From assembly GCA_019057795.1 (NCBI GenBank), contig JAHLWS010000031.1, positions 1 through 64,000 of the forward strand: a stretch of 64,000 bases of DNA. The letters run 5' to 3'. The DNA is from Promethearchaeota archaeon. GTDB lineage: Archaea; Asgardarchaeota; Lokiarchaeia; Sigyniarchaeales; SOKP01. The notes beneath the pieces are model-generated. The model was not told the origin of the DNA and did no database searches. It saw only the letters and a list, made by a program, of their open reading frames with translations. Positions within the stretch are counted from its first letter, which is position 1; every line of letters begins with the position of its first letter. Of the stretch, positions 40,699-50,006 are shown in pieces. The position numbers and the translations under genes were made by a program.

Positions 40699-41160
40699 CT
40701 AACGAGTTCTTTGATTTTTTTCAATATATCGCTGGTGATATTCTTCCGCTATAAAAAATTCTGAGACTGGTTTAATCTCCGTAACTATTGGTTTTTTATA
40801 TGTTCCAGCCTTTTTATGCCTAATTTTTGCCAGGAGGGCGTTTTTTTTCTGTTCTTCGTTATGATAAAATATGACAGATCTATATTGGGTGCCAATATCC
40901 CAACCTTGTCGATTAAGGCTCGTTGGATCGTGGATGTTCCAAAAAATGTTTAACAATTCTTCGTAAGACACAATAGAAGGATCGTAAACAATTTCAACTA
41001 CTTCGGCGTGCCCAGTTTCGCTCGAACACACGTCTTTATAGGTCGGATTTTTCAAAGTTCCGCCGCTGTAACCTACTCTTGTTGAGATAACGCCATTAGT
41101 TTTTCGAAATTTTTCTTCTATGCCCCAAAAACAGCCTGCTCCAAATGTTGCTTTCTCCAT
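40699..41160 (-). CDS. msrA: Peptide methionine sulfoxide reductase A
   Basis: GCFWG, GHAE, HDPT, GTQYRS, AEEYHQ; ATG at 41160. Confidence 0.95.
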   Translation of the reverse strand: MEKATFGAGCFWGIEEKFRKTNGVISTRVGYSGGTLKNPTYKDVCSSETGHAEVVEIVYDPSIVSYEELLNIFWNIHDPTSLNRQGWDIGTQYRSVIFYHNEEQKKNALLAKIRHKKAGTYKKPIVTEIKPVSEFFIAEEYHQRYIEKNQRTR

Positions 41161-41296
41161 AGTTATATTTAGGATTAAAAAGAGGTTATTAATAAACAAT
41201 TGGATAATTTCTTATAAACAAAAACGACTAAACGCAAATATTTTTAAAATAGATATAGATAAAAGAAAAAATTTTAAAGGAAAATTTATTTAAGAA

Positions 41297-42937
41297 TTAC
41301 TTTTTTTGAGATTCTAAATCTTTTAATTCGCGATGAAGTACTTTTCCCACTATTGTTTTTGGAATTTCATCAATAAATTGTACGAAACGCGGATATTTAT
41401 CGCCTGCCATATTTTCTTTTGCCCAATTAATGATGTCTTGTTCGCTGATTCCCTTGTCCTTATATTCTTCCTTCAATACGATATATGCTTTAATGTTTTC
41501 GTTTCCCTTGTCATCAATTATTCCAATAACTCCGCATTCTTGAATTGCTTCGTGATAATATAAGAGATCTTCTACTTCAGTGGGGTAAACTGAATGTCCT
41601 TTATATTTGATCAAGTTCTTTAACCTATCTTTTATGACAAAATATCCGTCTTCATCCATTAAACCTAAATCTCCCGTCCATAACCAACCGTCTTTAATCG
41701 TATTTTTAGTTTCCTCTTCATGTTTATAGTACCCCCTCATCATTTGCGGCCCTCTTACTACTATTTCCCCTACCTCTCCGATTCCTAGCGTGTTGCCTTC
41801 AGCGTCACATATTTTTACGTCAGTATTAGGAAATGGCATTCCGATTGTGCCCAGTTTCAATTTGCCTTCGAATGGGTTTGCGGTAACGGCTGGAGACATT
41901 TCTGTTAAGCCGTATGCTTCTCGAAGCTTTGATCCTGTTAGTTCTTCAAATATTTTTCTTACATCATCTGGAAGTGGCCCTGCTGAGCTCAAGCAATACT
42001 TAATGCTAGACAAGTCATGATTTTGAATTCCTTCATAAATATTTAAATTGTTATAAATAGCAGCGACTCCTGGAAAGACGGTAACTTTAGTTGCTTCGAT
42101 GACTTCGATAACTTCGTGAGCCTCTCTGGGGTTGAATACGCACGCTAATTTCCACCCGTTATGGATGCACATGTTCATCATAAATCCCATATAAATATGG
42201 TAAAAGGGTAAAGCTGCGAGTAAAACCTCTTTTCCTAATTCTTTTTCAACAAACCATGCTTCAGCTTGAAAAATGTTTGCAGCAATACTTCCGTGTGTCA
42301 GCATTGCTCCTTTGGGGAATCCCGTTGTCCCACCCGTATATTGTAGCTGAGCTAAATCGTCTCGAGTGATCTCGACTACAGGCGGGTTTGGTAGAGTTTC
42401 TCTTATTAAATCTTCAAAAGTGGTTTCTCCTTCCATTGAAAACTCAGGTGGAGCCATAGGATCTGGACTTAGATAAGGGCCTAAATTGCTATAAAACTTA
42501 TGTGTTACACCAGTATCTTTAATTATAGGATCTACTAATCCCATAAAGCCCTCCCAGCCAATATATACTTTTGCGTCGCTATCGATTAGCTGTCGTTTTA
42601 TCTCTAATTTCTTAAACAAAGGTGAGATTGGCGTAACTATGCCCCCTATTTTTAAAATACCATAATAGTAGGCTATGAATGCGGGGTTATTAGTAAATTG
42701 GATTGCAACGCAATCACCTTTCTTTATGCCAAGTTCGGTTAATTTAGTCGCAACTCGGTAAACAATGTCAAGCAACATAGTATATGTGAGTTCGAACCCC
42801 ATGAAATATGTTACAATGTTATCTGGGTAAGTTTTCACAGAATCTTCAAGAAAATCAATTAATGTTTTGTCTGGGATGTCAACTTCTTTTGGAACACCCT
42901 CTGGCCAATGTTTGTAATAAATTTTTTGATCTGACAT
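41297..42937 (-). CDS. Long-chain fatty acid--CoA ligase
   Basis: YTGGTTGFPKG, YGLTE, TGD, PKTIVGK. Confidence 0.93.
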   Translation of the reverse strand: MSDQKIYYKHWPEGVPKEVDIPDKTLIDFLEDSVKTYPDNIVTYFMGFELTYTMLLDIVYRVATKLTELGIKKGDCVAIQFTNNPAFIAYYYGILKIGGIVTPISPLFKKLEIKRQLIDSDAKVYIGWEGFMGLVDPIIKDTGVTHKFYSNLGPYLSPDPMAPPEFSMEGETTFEDLIRETLPNPPVVEITRDDLAQLQYTGGTTGFPKGAMLTHGSIAANIFQAEAWFVEKELGKEVLLAALPFYHIYMGFMMNMCIHNGWKLACVFNPREAHEVIEVIEATKVTVFPGVAAIYNNLNIYEGIQNHDLSSIKYCLSSAGPLPDDVRKIFEELTGSKLREAYGLTEMSPAVTANPFEGKLKLGTIGMPFPNTDVKICDAEGNTLGIGEVGEIVVRGPQMMRGYYKHEEETKNTIKDGWLWTGDLGLMDEDGYFVIKDRLKNLIKYKGHSVYPTEVEDLLYYHEAIQECGVIGIIDDKGNENIKAYIVLKEEYKDKGISEQDIINWAKENMAGDKYPRFVQFIDEIPKTIVGKVLHRELKDLESQKK

Positions 42938-43123
42938 AATTTTACTTTTATATAATATGTTATTTATTATTTTTGTTCTGAATATAAGTTAAAATTATGC
43001 TTAAGTACGGAAGAATTATTAACCTAGATATTAAGATATTCAGATAAAATTTTTAATGATTAATCTTTTAAAGGATTATTAATATAATTCGAAGAAAAAC
43101 AACGTTATATTATTGTTAATGAG

Positions 43124-43669
43124 GTGTTCAAAATCGACCGAGATGGTGCTTTTAAATTATGTATTTTTGGAGATGGTGGAGTTGGAAAGACTACTCTTAT
43201 TCAAAGATATCTTACCAAAGTATTCGATGAAGATTTAAAAATGACGATTGGTGCAGATTTCTCTATTAAAAAATTCGAAATTGAAGGGAAAAAAGTTGTC
43301 GTTCGAATATGGGATTTTGCTGGAGAGGAACGCTTCAGAGTTCTTTTACCTAGTTTTGCGAAAGGCGCTGATGGGGGGATCTTTATGTATGATATTTCAA
43401 GATATACAAGTATAAAGAACTTAAGAGATTGGCTCTCAATATTTGAAAGAAATGTGAGAGACAAACAAATAAAAATACCTATAATTATGGTTGGAGGTAA
43501 GTTGGATCTTGAGGATAAACGATCTGTTGAAACAGCTGAAGCTATTGAGTTGTCGAAAACCCACAATTTACAAGGTATTTATGAGTGTTCTTCTAAAACA
43601 GGAGTTAATGTGGAAGATATATTCGAACATATCACGCGTAAAATGATGGAAAAGGCTGGTATGCTTTAA
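43124..43669 (+). CDS. Rab-like small GTPase
   Basis: GDGGVGKT, TIGADF, WDFAGE, GKLD, CSSK. Confidence 0.93.
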   Translation: MFKIDRDGAFKLCIFGDGGVGKTTLIQRYLTKVFDEDLKMTIGADFSIKKFEIEGKKVVVRIWDFAGEERFRVLLPSFAKGADGGIFMYDISRYTSIKNLRDWLSIFERNVRDKQIKIPIIMVGGKLDLEDKRSVETAEAIELSKTHNLQGIYECSSKTGVNVEDIFEHITRKMMEKAGML

Positions 43670-43744
43670 TTTCTCTACTTTTTATAGGTAATAAATCCAA
43701 TCCTTTGGCTTTTAAACTAACTATATTAAAATGAATTTTTCGAG

Positions 43745-44557
43745 TTGAGTAGAAGCATAGAGTGGAAATCCGATTTTGTTACTAATAACGGAAATAAGAT
43801 TCATTATTATCGAACAGGAGGGGACAAACCTCCTGTATTACTTCTTCGTGGCATTATGGATAATGGATTGTGTTGGACACCTCTTGGTCGTGTTTTAGCT
43901 AGTGACTATGATGTGATTTTACCAGATGCTAGAGGTCATGGATTGACTCATATATCTGACGAAACATGGACTTACGAAGCAATGGCAGATGATGTTGTTC
44001 TACTAATTAAAGCCCTTAATGTAGATAAAATACAGTTAGTTGGTCACTCTATGGGGGCTGATACAGCTGCTTTAGTAGCAGCGAAATATCCCGATCTTAT
44101 TAAAAAGATTATTCTTGAAGATCCCGCCTTTAGTATAAGTGAAATATCATCGATTAAAAAATCTTCCTTTAAAATTGCGATGAAATTAATATTACCTCGA
44201 TTTTTAAATAATACATATGAAGAACTATTAAAGAAAGGGCATAAGCAAACCCCATTATGGTCTGACGAAGATTTAAAACCCTGGGCAGAGTCAAAAATTC
44301 AATTTAGGGAGAAAGATCCTAATTTAATATTTAAAATGTTTAAAAATGAATATAAATGGGAGGAAATAATTAAAAAAATCTCTTGTCCAATTCTACTCAT
44401 CACCGCGGATAAAGGATTAACCTCAGACAAGTTAGCATAGAAAGTAATGGATGTGAGTAAAGCCGGAAAATGGGTGAAAATCGAAGGCGCAGGCCATAGC
44501 ATTCGGAGAGAGCAATTTAAACAATATGTTCAAATTACTAAAGAATTTTTAGACTAA
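43745..44557 (+). pseudogene. Alpha/beta hydrolase with in-frame TAG at 44438-44440
   Basis: GHSMG nucleophile; frame continues past TAG to GAGHSIRRE (catalytic His) and TAA at 44555-44557. Confidence 0.75.
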
Positions 44558-45228
44558 CTTTTTTTCAATTAATTTTAAGTGAAAAAATTGTTTGTTCTTA
44601 ACATAAAAAGATCGAATTGTGTATTAACTACAAATCGATTTTATGAATTAATTCTGAAATACTCTTCTTTTATTCTCGATTGCTTGTGTTGGACAATGTA
44701 ATATTGGTAAAATTAGGTAACTATTGCATAAAACTCCTATCTTTACGTTTTAATTCAAAAAAATTCTTGTCTCTTCGAATGTCTTCGTTTATTTCTGCTA
44801 AATTCTCGTTTTGTAATAAATTCTCAAAAAAAGATAACATAGACTCATACGCTTCTTTGACATAAGTATTTGTTTGAGAGAATTCAAAAGAAATATCTTT
44901 TAGAAGATCAAAGTCTAATTTAATATCAACTTTCCTTGAGAGTTTCCTTCTTTTTTATTAACTTTTGTATTAATTTCATTTGATAATAGAGAATTAGACT
45001 AAATATTTATTTAATAGATTTAACTGAGAAATATCATGAAACTTGAATTATTTACTTGAAAAGATTTGTTGAGAGTGTAATATCAGGATCTAATTAAGAT
45101 ATATCCCTTCTACAAATCTCACACAGAGCTGCATATCGCCGGAGGGTGAAAAATATTTTATAAATTTAAGAAAACACTGAAATAATTTATCCTATAATTG
45201 AATTTAAATTATCTAATTAGAAATATTA

Positions 45229-45765
45229 TTATCCAGAAGATCTCTTGATAACTTTCACTAACCCTTTTTTCCGAAGCTTATCTAACATATTTTCGACCTT
45301 ATCAAGGGGTTTTTGCGAGATCTCAGCGCATTCTTGTACTGAATTCATTCCATCACACACTTTTAACAATTTGAACTCGTCTAATGATAACATTCCTAAT
45401 TGAACGCTCATTGGCGAAACTTCTTTAACTACAATCGGGATCCTTACTTCTCCACCTTCCTCGACGGTTCCAGCTCCAACTTCACTCATACTCGGAGAAT
45501 CCCCAAAAAACGATTTCACTCCCGTTATATCATAATTATCATTTATATAAAGATAAATCGTGTGTTCCTGACCTGAAAAATCATCTGTATCTTCTAGATC
45601 GGGGTAAGGATTTATGTGTTTATGTTCTTTAGTATATATACCCATTTTTAATCCGGATTTAATTTCGTCCTTATTTACCCTAATATTAACCATTTCGGAG
45701 CATATATCACACCAAGCCCAGGCTTCTATAAGGCTGAAGTATTTAATTACTTTATTCTCTGGCAT
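45229..45765 (-). CDS. Hypothetical protein with CxxC/His N-terminal domain and C-terminal winged helix
   Basis: WCDIC...H...H; CDGMNSVQECAEIS...LDKLRKKGLVKV. Confidence 0.7.
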   Translation of the reverse strand: MPENKVIKYFSLIEAWAWCDICSEMVNIRVNKDEIKSGLKMGIYTKEHKHINPYPDLEDTDDFSGQEHTIYLYINDNYDITGVKSFFGDSPSMSEVGAGTVEEGGEVRIPIVVKEVSPMSVQLGMLSLDEFKLLKVCDGMNSVQECAEISQKPLDKVENMLDKLRKKGLVKVIKRSSG

Positions 45766-45960
45766 CGCGTTTTTCCAAAAATGTAAATTTTGAATAAAAT
45801 AAACTTTATTATAATTATTATGTTGTGAATTAATATAAATATAGATTATGAATAATTCCGTAGAAATTTAGGTCTAAATTAGTTTTTAAAATCGAAAATA
45901 ATTAAAGTTAGAGGATATTTTACTATCCATTATAGTTAACCAAGACTAATAATAATAACG

Positions 45961-46137
45961 ATGTCAAGTTATAAAAAAAACATGTGTTTCTCTTGTGGAC
46001 GCCCTATAGCTCCTTTTGAAGGTGCAGTTCATTTTCCTTGTCCTCAATGTGGAGATGTTACTATTTGGAGATGCGAAAGATGTAGAGCTATGGGGAACCA
46101 ATATACTTGTTTAAAATGTTCTTTTCAGGGACCTTAG
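45961..46137 (+). CDS. Zinc finger microprotein, DUF1610/HVO_2753 family (58 aa, not in the ORF track)
   Basis: CFSC...FPCPQCG..IWRCERCR....YTCLKCSFQGP; usual position upstream of EF-1beta. Confidence 0.9.
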   Translation: MSSYKKNMCFSCGRPIAPFEGAVHFPCPQCGDVTIWRCERCRAMGNQYTCLKCSFQGP

Positions 46138-46163
46138 ATAAAAAAATAAAGAGATTGTTTAAA

Positions 46164-46430
46164 GTGGGAGAATTTGTAGCATTAATTGATGTTATTCCAG
46201 AAGACATAGATGTTGATTTTGAAGAACTCGTTTCAAAATTAAAAAGTGTACTTACCGATAACGCTGTTATCGAAAGTTATGATATAAAACCTGTCGCATT
46301 TGGGTTGAAGAAAGCAAGAGTCCGTGTTAGGTACCCTGAAGAATGGGGGGGCACAGATAAAGTCGAAGAATTATTTGGACAAGTTGTTGGGATACAGGGG
46401 ATTGAAGGGATCGCTTTTTCAAAAGCTTAG
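46164..46430 (+). CDS. ef1b: Translation elongation factor 1-beta
   Basis: PVAFGLK, GGTDKVEE; in-frame GTG at 46164. Confidence 0.9.
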   Translation: MGEFVALIDVIPEDIDVDFEELVSKLKSVLTDNAVIESYDIKPVAFGLKKARVRVRYPEEWGGTDKVEELFGQVVGIQGIEGIAFSKA

Positions 46431-46930
46431 TTTCCGCTGTCATTTTGTAGACTAATCTTAAATTTAATCCGTTCTTTTAAGTCTTTCTTTGTCAAGTTTT
46501 GAATAATCTGAATTGAATCTAAATTTAATTTATCCTTATAATGAATTTTAAAAGCTTCTAACACTTCGTGAGCTTGATTAAAATTTTCAGCTTTTATTAG
46601 AACATCATAAATCTTTTCTATTTTACTCGCTGCTTCGTTAATTTCTGAAACAAAAAAATCCTTTTGAACTTTTTCAGCTATAATTTTCATAAATTCTTCT
46701 TGTTTTTTAATATGATGTTCCATATCATTTTCTATTGCCAATCTAATAACTTGTTCTGAATAAATAATAGCATCATCGTAAACACCTTTCATTAAACTAC
46801 CCTCTGCTAAATCGCTTAATTCTACTATTTTTGAAAGCGTCTCTATTTGAGGATTCTTAATAGGAATATGACTATCTTCTTGCTCTAGTTTACCTTTTTT
46901 TACTTTCTGTTTTTTGTCCTTTTTTTTCAT
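46427..46930 (-). CDS. Hypothetical helical (TPR-like) protein
   Basis: 167-aa ORF, YDDAIIYSEQVIRLA. Confidence 0.6.
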   Translation of the reverse strand: MKKKDKKQKVKKGKLEQEDSHIPIKNPQIETLSKIVELSDLAEGSLMKGVYDDAIIYSEQVIRLAIENDMEHHIKKQEEFMKIIAEKVQKDFFVSEINEAASKIEKIYDVLIKAENFNQAHEVLEAFKIHYKDKLNLDSIQIIQNLTKKDLKERIKFKISLQNDSGN

Positions 46931-47034
46931 AAGAGATATATAGAATTTGTTTTGTTCTTCTTAATACTCTAATTGAAAACTTGCTATTTATATCTTAATT
47001 ATTTGAAGAATTGCATAATGAGTAAAAAAACCAT

Positions 47035-48879
47035 TTAAACTATTCTTTTAAAAAGTTTATCTAGTTCTTTGAATGAGATAAATTTCAACGTCGGTCTTCC
47101 ATGAGCGCAATGAAACGAGTCCTTACAATTTGCTAAATCTATAATTAACGATCTAACCTTTTTTAACGACAAGTCGTCACCCCCTCTAATGCTTTTGTGA
47201 CAAGCTAAATAATTAATAATTTCTTCTAATTTTTCTGAGAAGCTTTTATCTTTCCCTATTTCTGTTATATCACTTATTATTTCTTTAATAATCTGCATAC
47301 TCGGGTTTTTTCCTATTATTATTGGGATTGATCTTAAAATGAAAGTGTTACCTCCAAAATGTTCGAAATCAAATCCAAGTCGATTAATTTCCTTTAAATT
47401 GAGTTGTAAAAAGAATTTCTCGCTCGGACTTACCTCAATTTTAAGCGGCGAAATTAATTTTTGCTTACTTTTTACGGATTTTTTATAAAGATCGTAAAAA
47501 AATTCCTTATTTACGCGCTCCGATGCTGCGTGTTGATCCAAGATATATACACCGCCCTCGTCATTTTCATTAATTCCTTCTAAAACTATGTAAGTTTTAT
47601 TACTTAATTGGCCAGTGCGAGATATTAATCGAAGTTTAGGAAAATTTTTTGCTATGATATAATTTTCTCTCAAAAAAGTTTCTGCTGAAGGTGTTTCCCC
47701 CAATCCTTTATCAACATCGCGATCAGTTAAACTTAATTGAACAGATTTATCAATTTGGTATTTTGAACTTTTTTCAGACTCATCTACTGAAATTTCAGAC
47801 TTATCGTACGGTTCTTCTTTATTATCTTCAGCTTGAGGTGATGTAAATTTACTAATTTCTTGAAAATCGTAAGTAACTTCTTTTTCAATAAACTTTTCTT
47901 CAACAAATTTACGAACGATATTATAAACCTTATTATATATGTAATCTTCGTTTTCAAACCTTATATGTAACTTTTTAGGGTGTACGTTAAAATCAATTAC
48001 AGAGGGATCTATTTCTAAATGCAAAACGAAAAAGGGATATTTTCCTGTCATTAGAGTTCCTTTATACGCTTCTTGTATAGCTCTAAACAAAAGATCGCTT
48101 ATGACATACCGCTTATTTAAGATTATACTTGAATACATCCTATTATTTTTTGAAATCTCACTATGACCAAGTAACCCATGGAGTTTTAAATTTCCTTCCT
48201 TGAAATTGATAGGCTCCATAAATTTTGCCACATTTTTCCCATAAATATGAAAAACAGTCGTTTTCAAATCATTTAAAGCGGGACAATTAAGAATACTTAA
48301 ATCATTATGCATATAAATGAAATGAAGATGAGGATAAGCTAAAGAATACCGCTGTATGATATCAGTGATGTGGCCAAGTTCAGTAGGGTCTTTTTTTAGA
48401 AACTTTTGTCGCGCCGGAATATTGTAAAACAAATTTTTAACCTTGATATCTGTTCCAATAGGACAAAAAATTTCTTTTTTATCAATAATTCTTTTATCTT
48501 CTAATATTAATTTTACTCCTCGTTCTTTTTCCTTTATCCTTGAAGTTATTTCAACTTGACTAACTGCTGCAATACTAGCTAAAGCCTCCCCCCTAAAACC
48601 TAAAGTAGACAAAACCTCTAGATCTTCAATTTTGTTAATTTTACTACTTGTATGGCGCTCAAATGCTATTACAATCTCATCAGGAGGAATACCAATGCCA
48701 TCGTCTATAACATGGATTAAACTTTTTCCAGCTTTTTTAACGATAATTCGAATTTCTTTCGCTCCAGCATCTATACTATTTTCAATTAATTCCTTCACGA
48801 CATTCGCTGGTCTTTCTACTACCTCTCCGGCTGCGATCTTTTCGGCGTCATCTATTTTCTTTATTTTATTTCTTTTCAA
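47035..48879 (-). CDS. mutL: DNA mismatch repair endonuclease MutL
   Basis: IAAGEVVERP, GFRGEAL, DFNVHP, DQHAASE, ACH, CAHGRP. Confidence 0.96.
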   Translation of the reverse strand: MKRNKIKKIDDAEKIAAGEVVERPANVVKELIENSIDAGAKEIRIIVKKAGKSLIHVIDDGIGIPPDEIVIAFERHTSSKINKIEDLEVLSTLGFRGEALASIAAVSQVEITSRIKEKERGVKLILEDKRIIDKKEIFCPIGTDIKVKNLFYNIPARQKFLKKDPTELGHITDIIQRYSLAYPHLHFIYMHNDLSILNCPALNDLKTTVFHIYGKNVAKFMEPINFKEGNLKLHGLLGHSEISKNNRMYSSIILNKRYVISDLLFRAIQEAYKGTLMTGKYPFFVLHLEIDPSVIDFNVHPKKLHIRFENEDYIYNKVYNIVRKFVEEKFIEKEVTYDFQEISKFTSPQAEDNKEEPYDKSEISVDESEKSSKYQIDKSVQLSLTDRDVDKGLGETPSAETFLRENYIIAKNFPKLRLISRTGQLSNKTYIVLEGINENDEGGVYILDQHAASERVNKEFFYDLYKKSVKSKQKLISPLKIEVSPSEKFFLQLNLKEINRLGFDFEHFGGNTFILRSIPIIIGKNPSMQIIKEIISDITEIGKDKSFSEKLEEIINYLACHKSIRGGDDLSLKKVRSLIIDLANCKDSFHCAHGRPTLKFISFKELDKLFKRIV

Positions 48880-49088
48880 TTTTTTGAGAATTTCATTTCC
48901 ATTGATTTTTTGAAGTTAATATCTTTCACATTTTAATCAAATTTAAAATAATACTCTATTCAAGTTTAAATAAATTCGATTTTTTAATCGTTTCTAATAA
49001 AGTTCAAAATCTAAAGTAAATCTTTTAAATCGTTATAAATACTTTAGATTATTCATTTTAATAATGTTACCATTAATATTTTAATAAA

Positions 49089-50006
49089 ATGAGAATCGAG
49101 AGAGAATTCCCCTTTCATAAATATTTCATATGTTTTTTAGCCTTTATCACCGTTTTATTTATAGTTTTTAGGATCCTTATCAATGTATATGATTTTCCAC
49201 TATTAATAGAAATCTCTCGCGATGCTGACTTCAATATTTTATTAAGATGGTTCCAGAATGGTTTAAGAGATTTTTATAAAAATGTGGAAATGTCTTCTGG
49301 AATTCCTGATATGCCGACAAACTATCTATATTTTTGGTACTTCTTGTTTTTACCTATGCGGTTAATTCCTATTGAGGTTGGAGTTTATATATGGGATGCT
49401 TTAAGATTAATTTCTGTGAGTTATGTTATATTAAAAACTAATAAAATATTTGAAAATCGTAAGGATCTTTTTATTTTTTACGGGTTATTAACAATAGGTT
49501 ATATAATTGATGGATGGTTTAATAATGTCAATTTTGTAATACTATTCTTTCTGTATCTGTCTTATTCTTTTTTGAAGGATGATGAAAAATTGCTTTCTGG
49601 AATTTTTTTTACTCTTGCTACATTTAAGATCAATTCAATTTTGTTTCTTCCAGTAATTATAGCAGCAAGGAAAATTAAATATAGGGATTTAATATATTAT
49701 TTAGTTCCATTCTTTATTATCTGTCTACCTTACATTATATTTCCAGATTTTTTTTTACAGATGTTGAACAATATGCTGAGTAGTGATACAAATGTTCAAG
49801 GTCTAACTATATTAGACTCTCCTCTTTGGAAAGCTTTACAACCTTCTCATTTAATGTTTATTAGCTTTTTATATATCATTTTTCTCGAAAGCTTAACAGA
49901 AGGAAAAAGAAAAAAGCAGATTAGAATAATAATTATAATTCTCCTTAGCGCATATTACATATATCATTCGTTAGTTGTTTGGGTATTTCCTATATTTTTA
50001 CTTTAG
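49089..50006 (+). CDS. Polytopic membrane protein, GT87/GT-C-like glycosyltransferase
   Basis: DF...FY...YLYFWYFLFLP, NNVN, LATFK pattern; many TM helices. Confidence 0.65.
   Translation: MRIEREFPFHKYFICFLAFITVLFIVFRILINVYDFPLLIEISRDADFNILLRWFQNGLRDFYKNVEMSSGIPDMPTNYLYFWYFLFLPMRLIPIEVGVYIWDALRLISVSYVILKTNKIFENRKDLFIFYGLLTIGYIIDGWFNNVNFVILFFLYLSYSFLKDDEKLLSGIFFTLATFKINSILFLPVIIAARKIKYRDLIYYLVPFFIICLPYIIFPDFFLQMLNNMLSSDTNVQGLTILDSPLWKALQPSHLMFISFLYIIFLESLTEGKRKKQIRIIIIILLSAYYIYHSLVVWVFPIFLL

Noticed and set aside
44640-45150. Possible ferredoxin gene remnant (minus-strand LHCPTQAIE) and a GC-richer patch near 45120-45150 as an ncRNA
   Set aside because: Multiple stops and frameshifts, no C/D box pair or stable fold; too weak to call.
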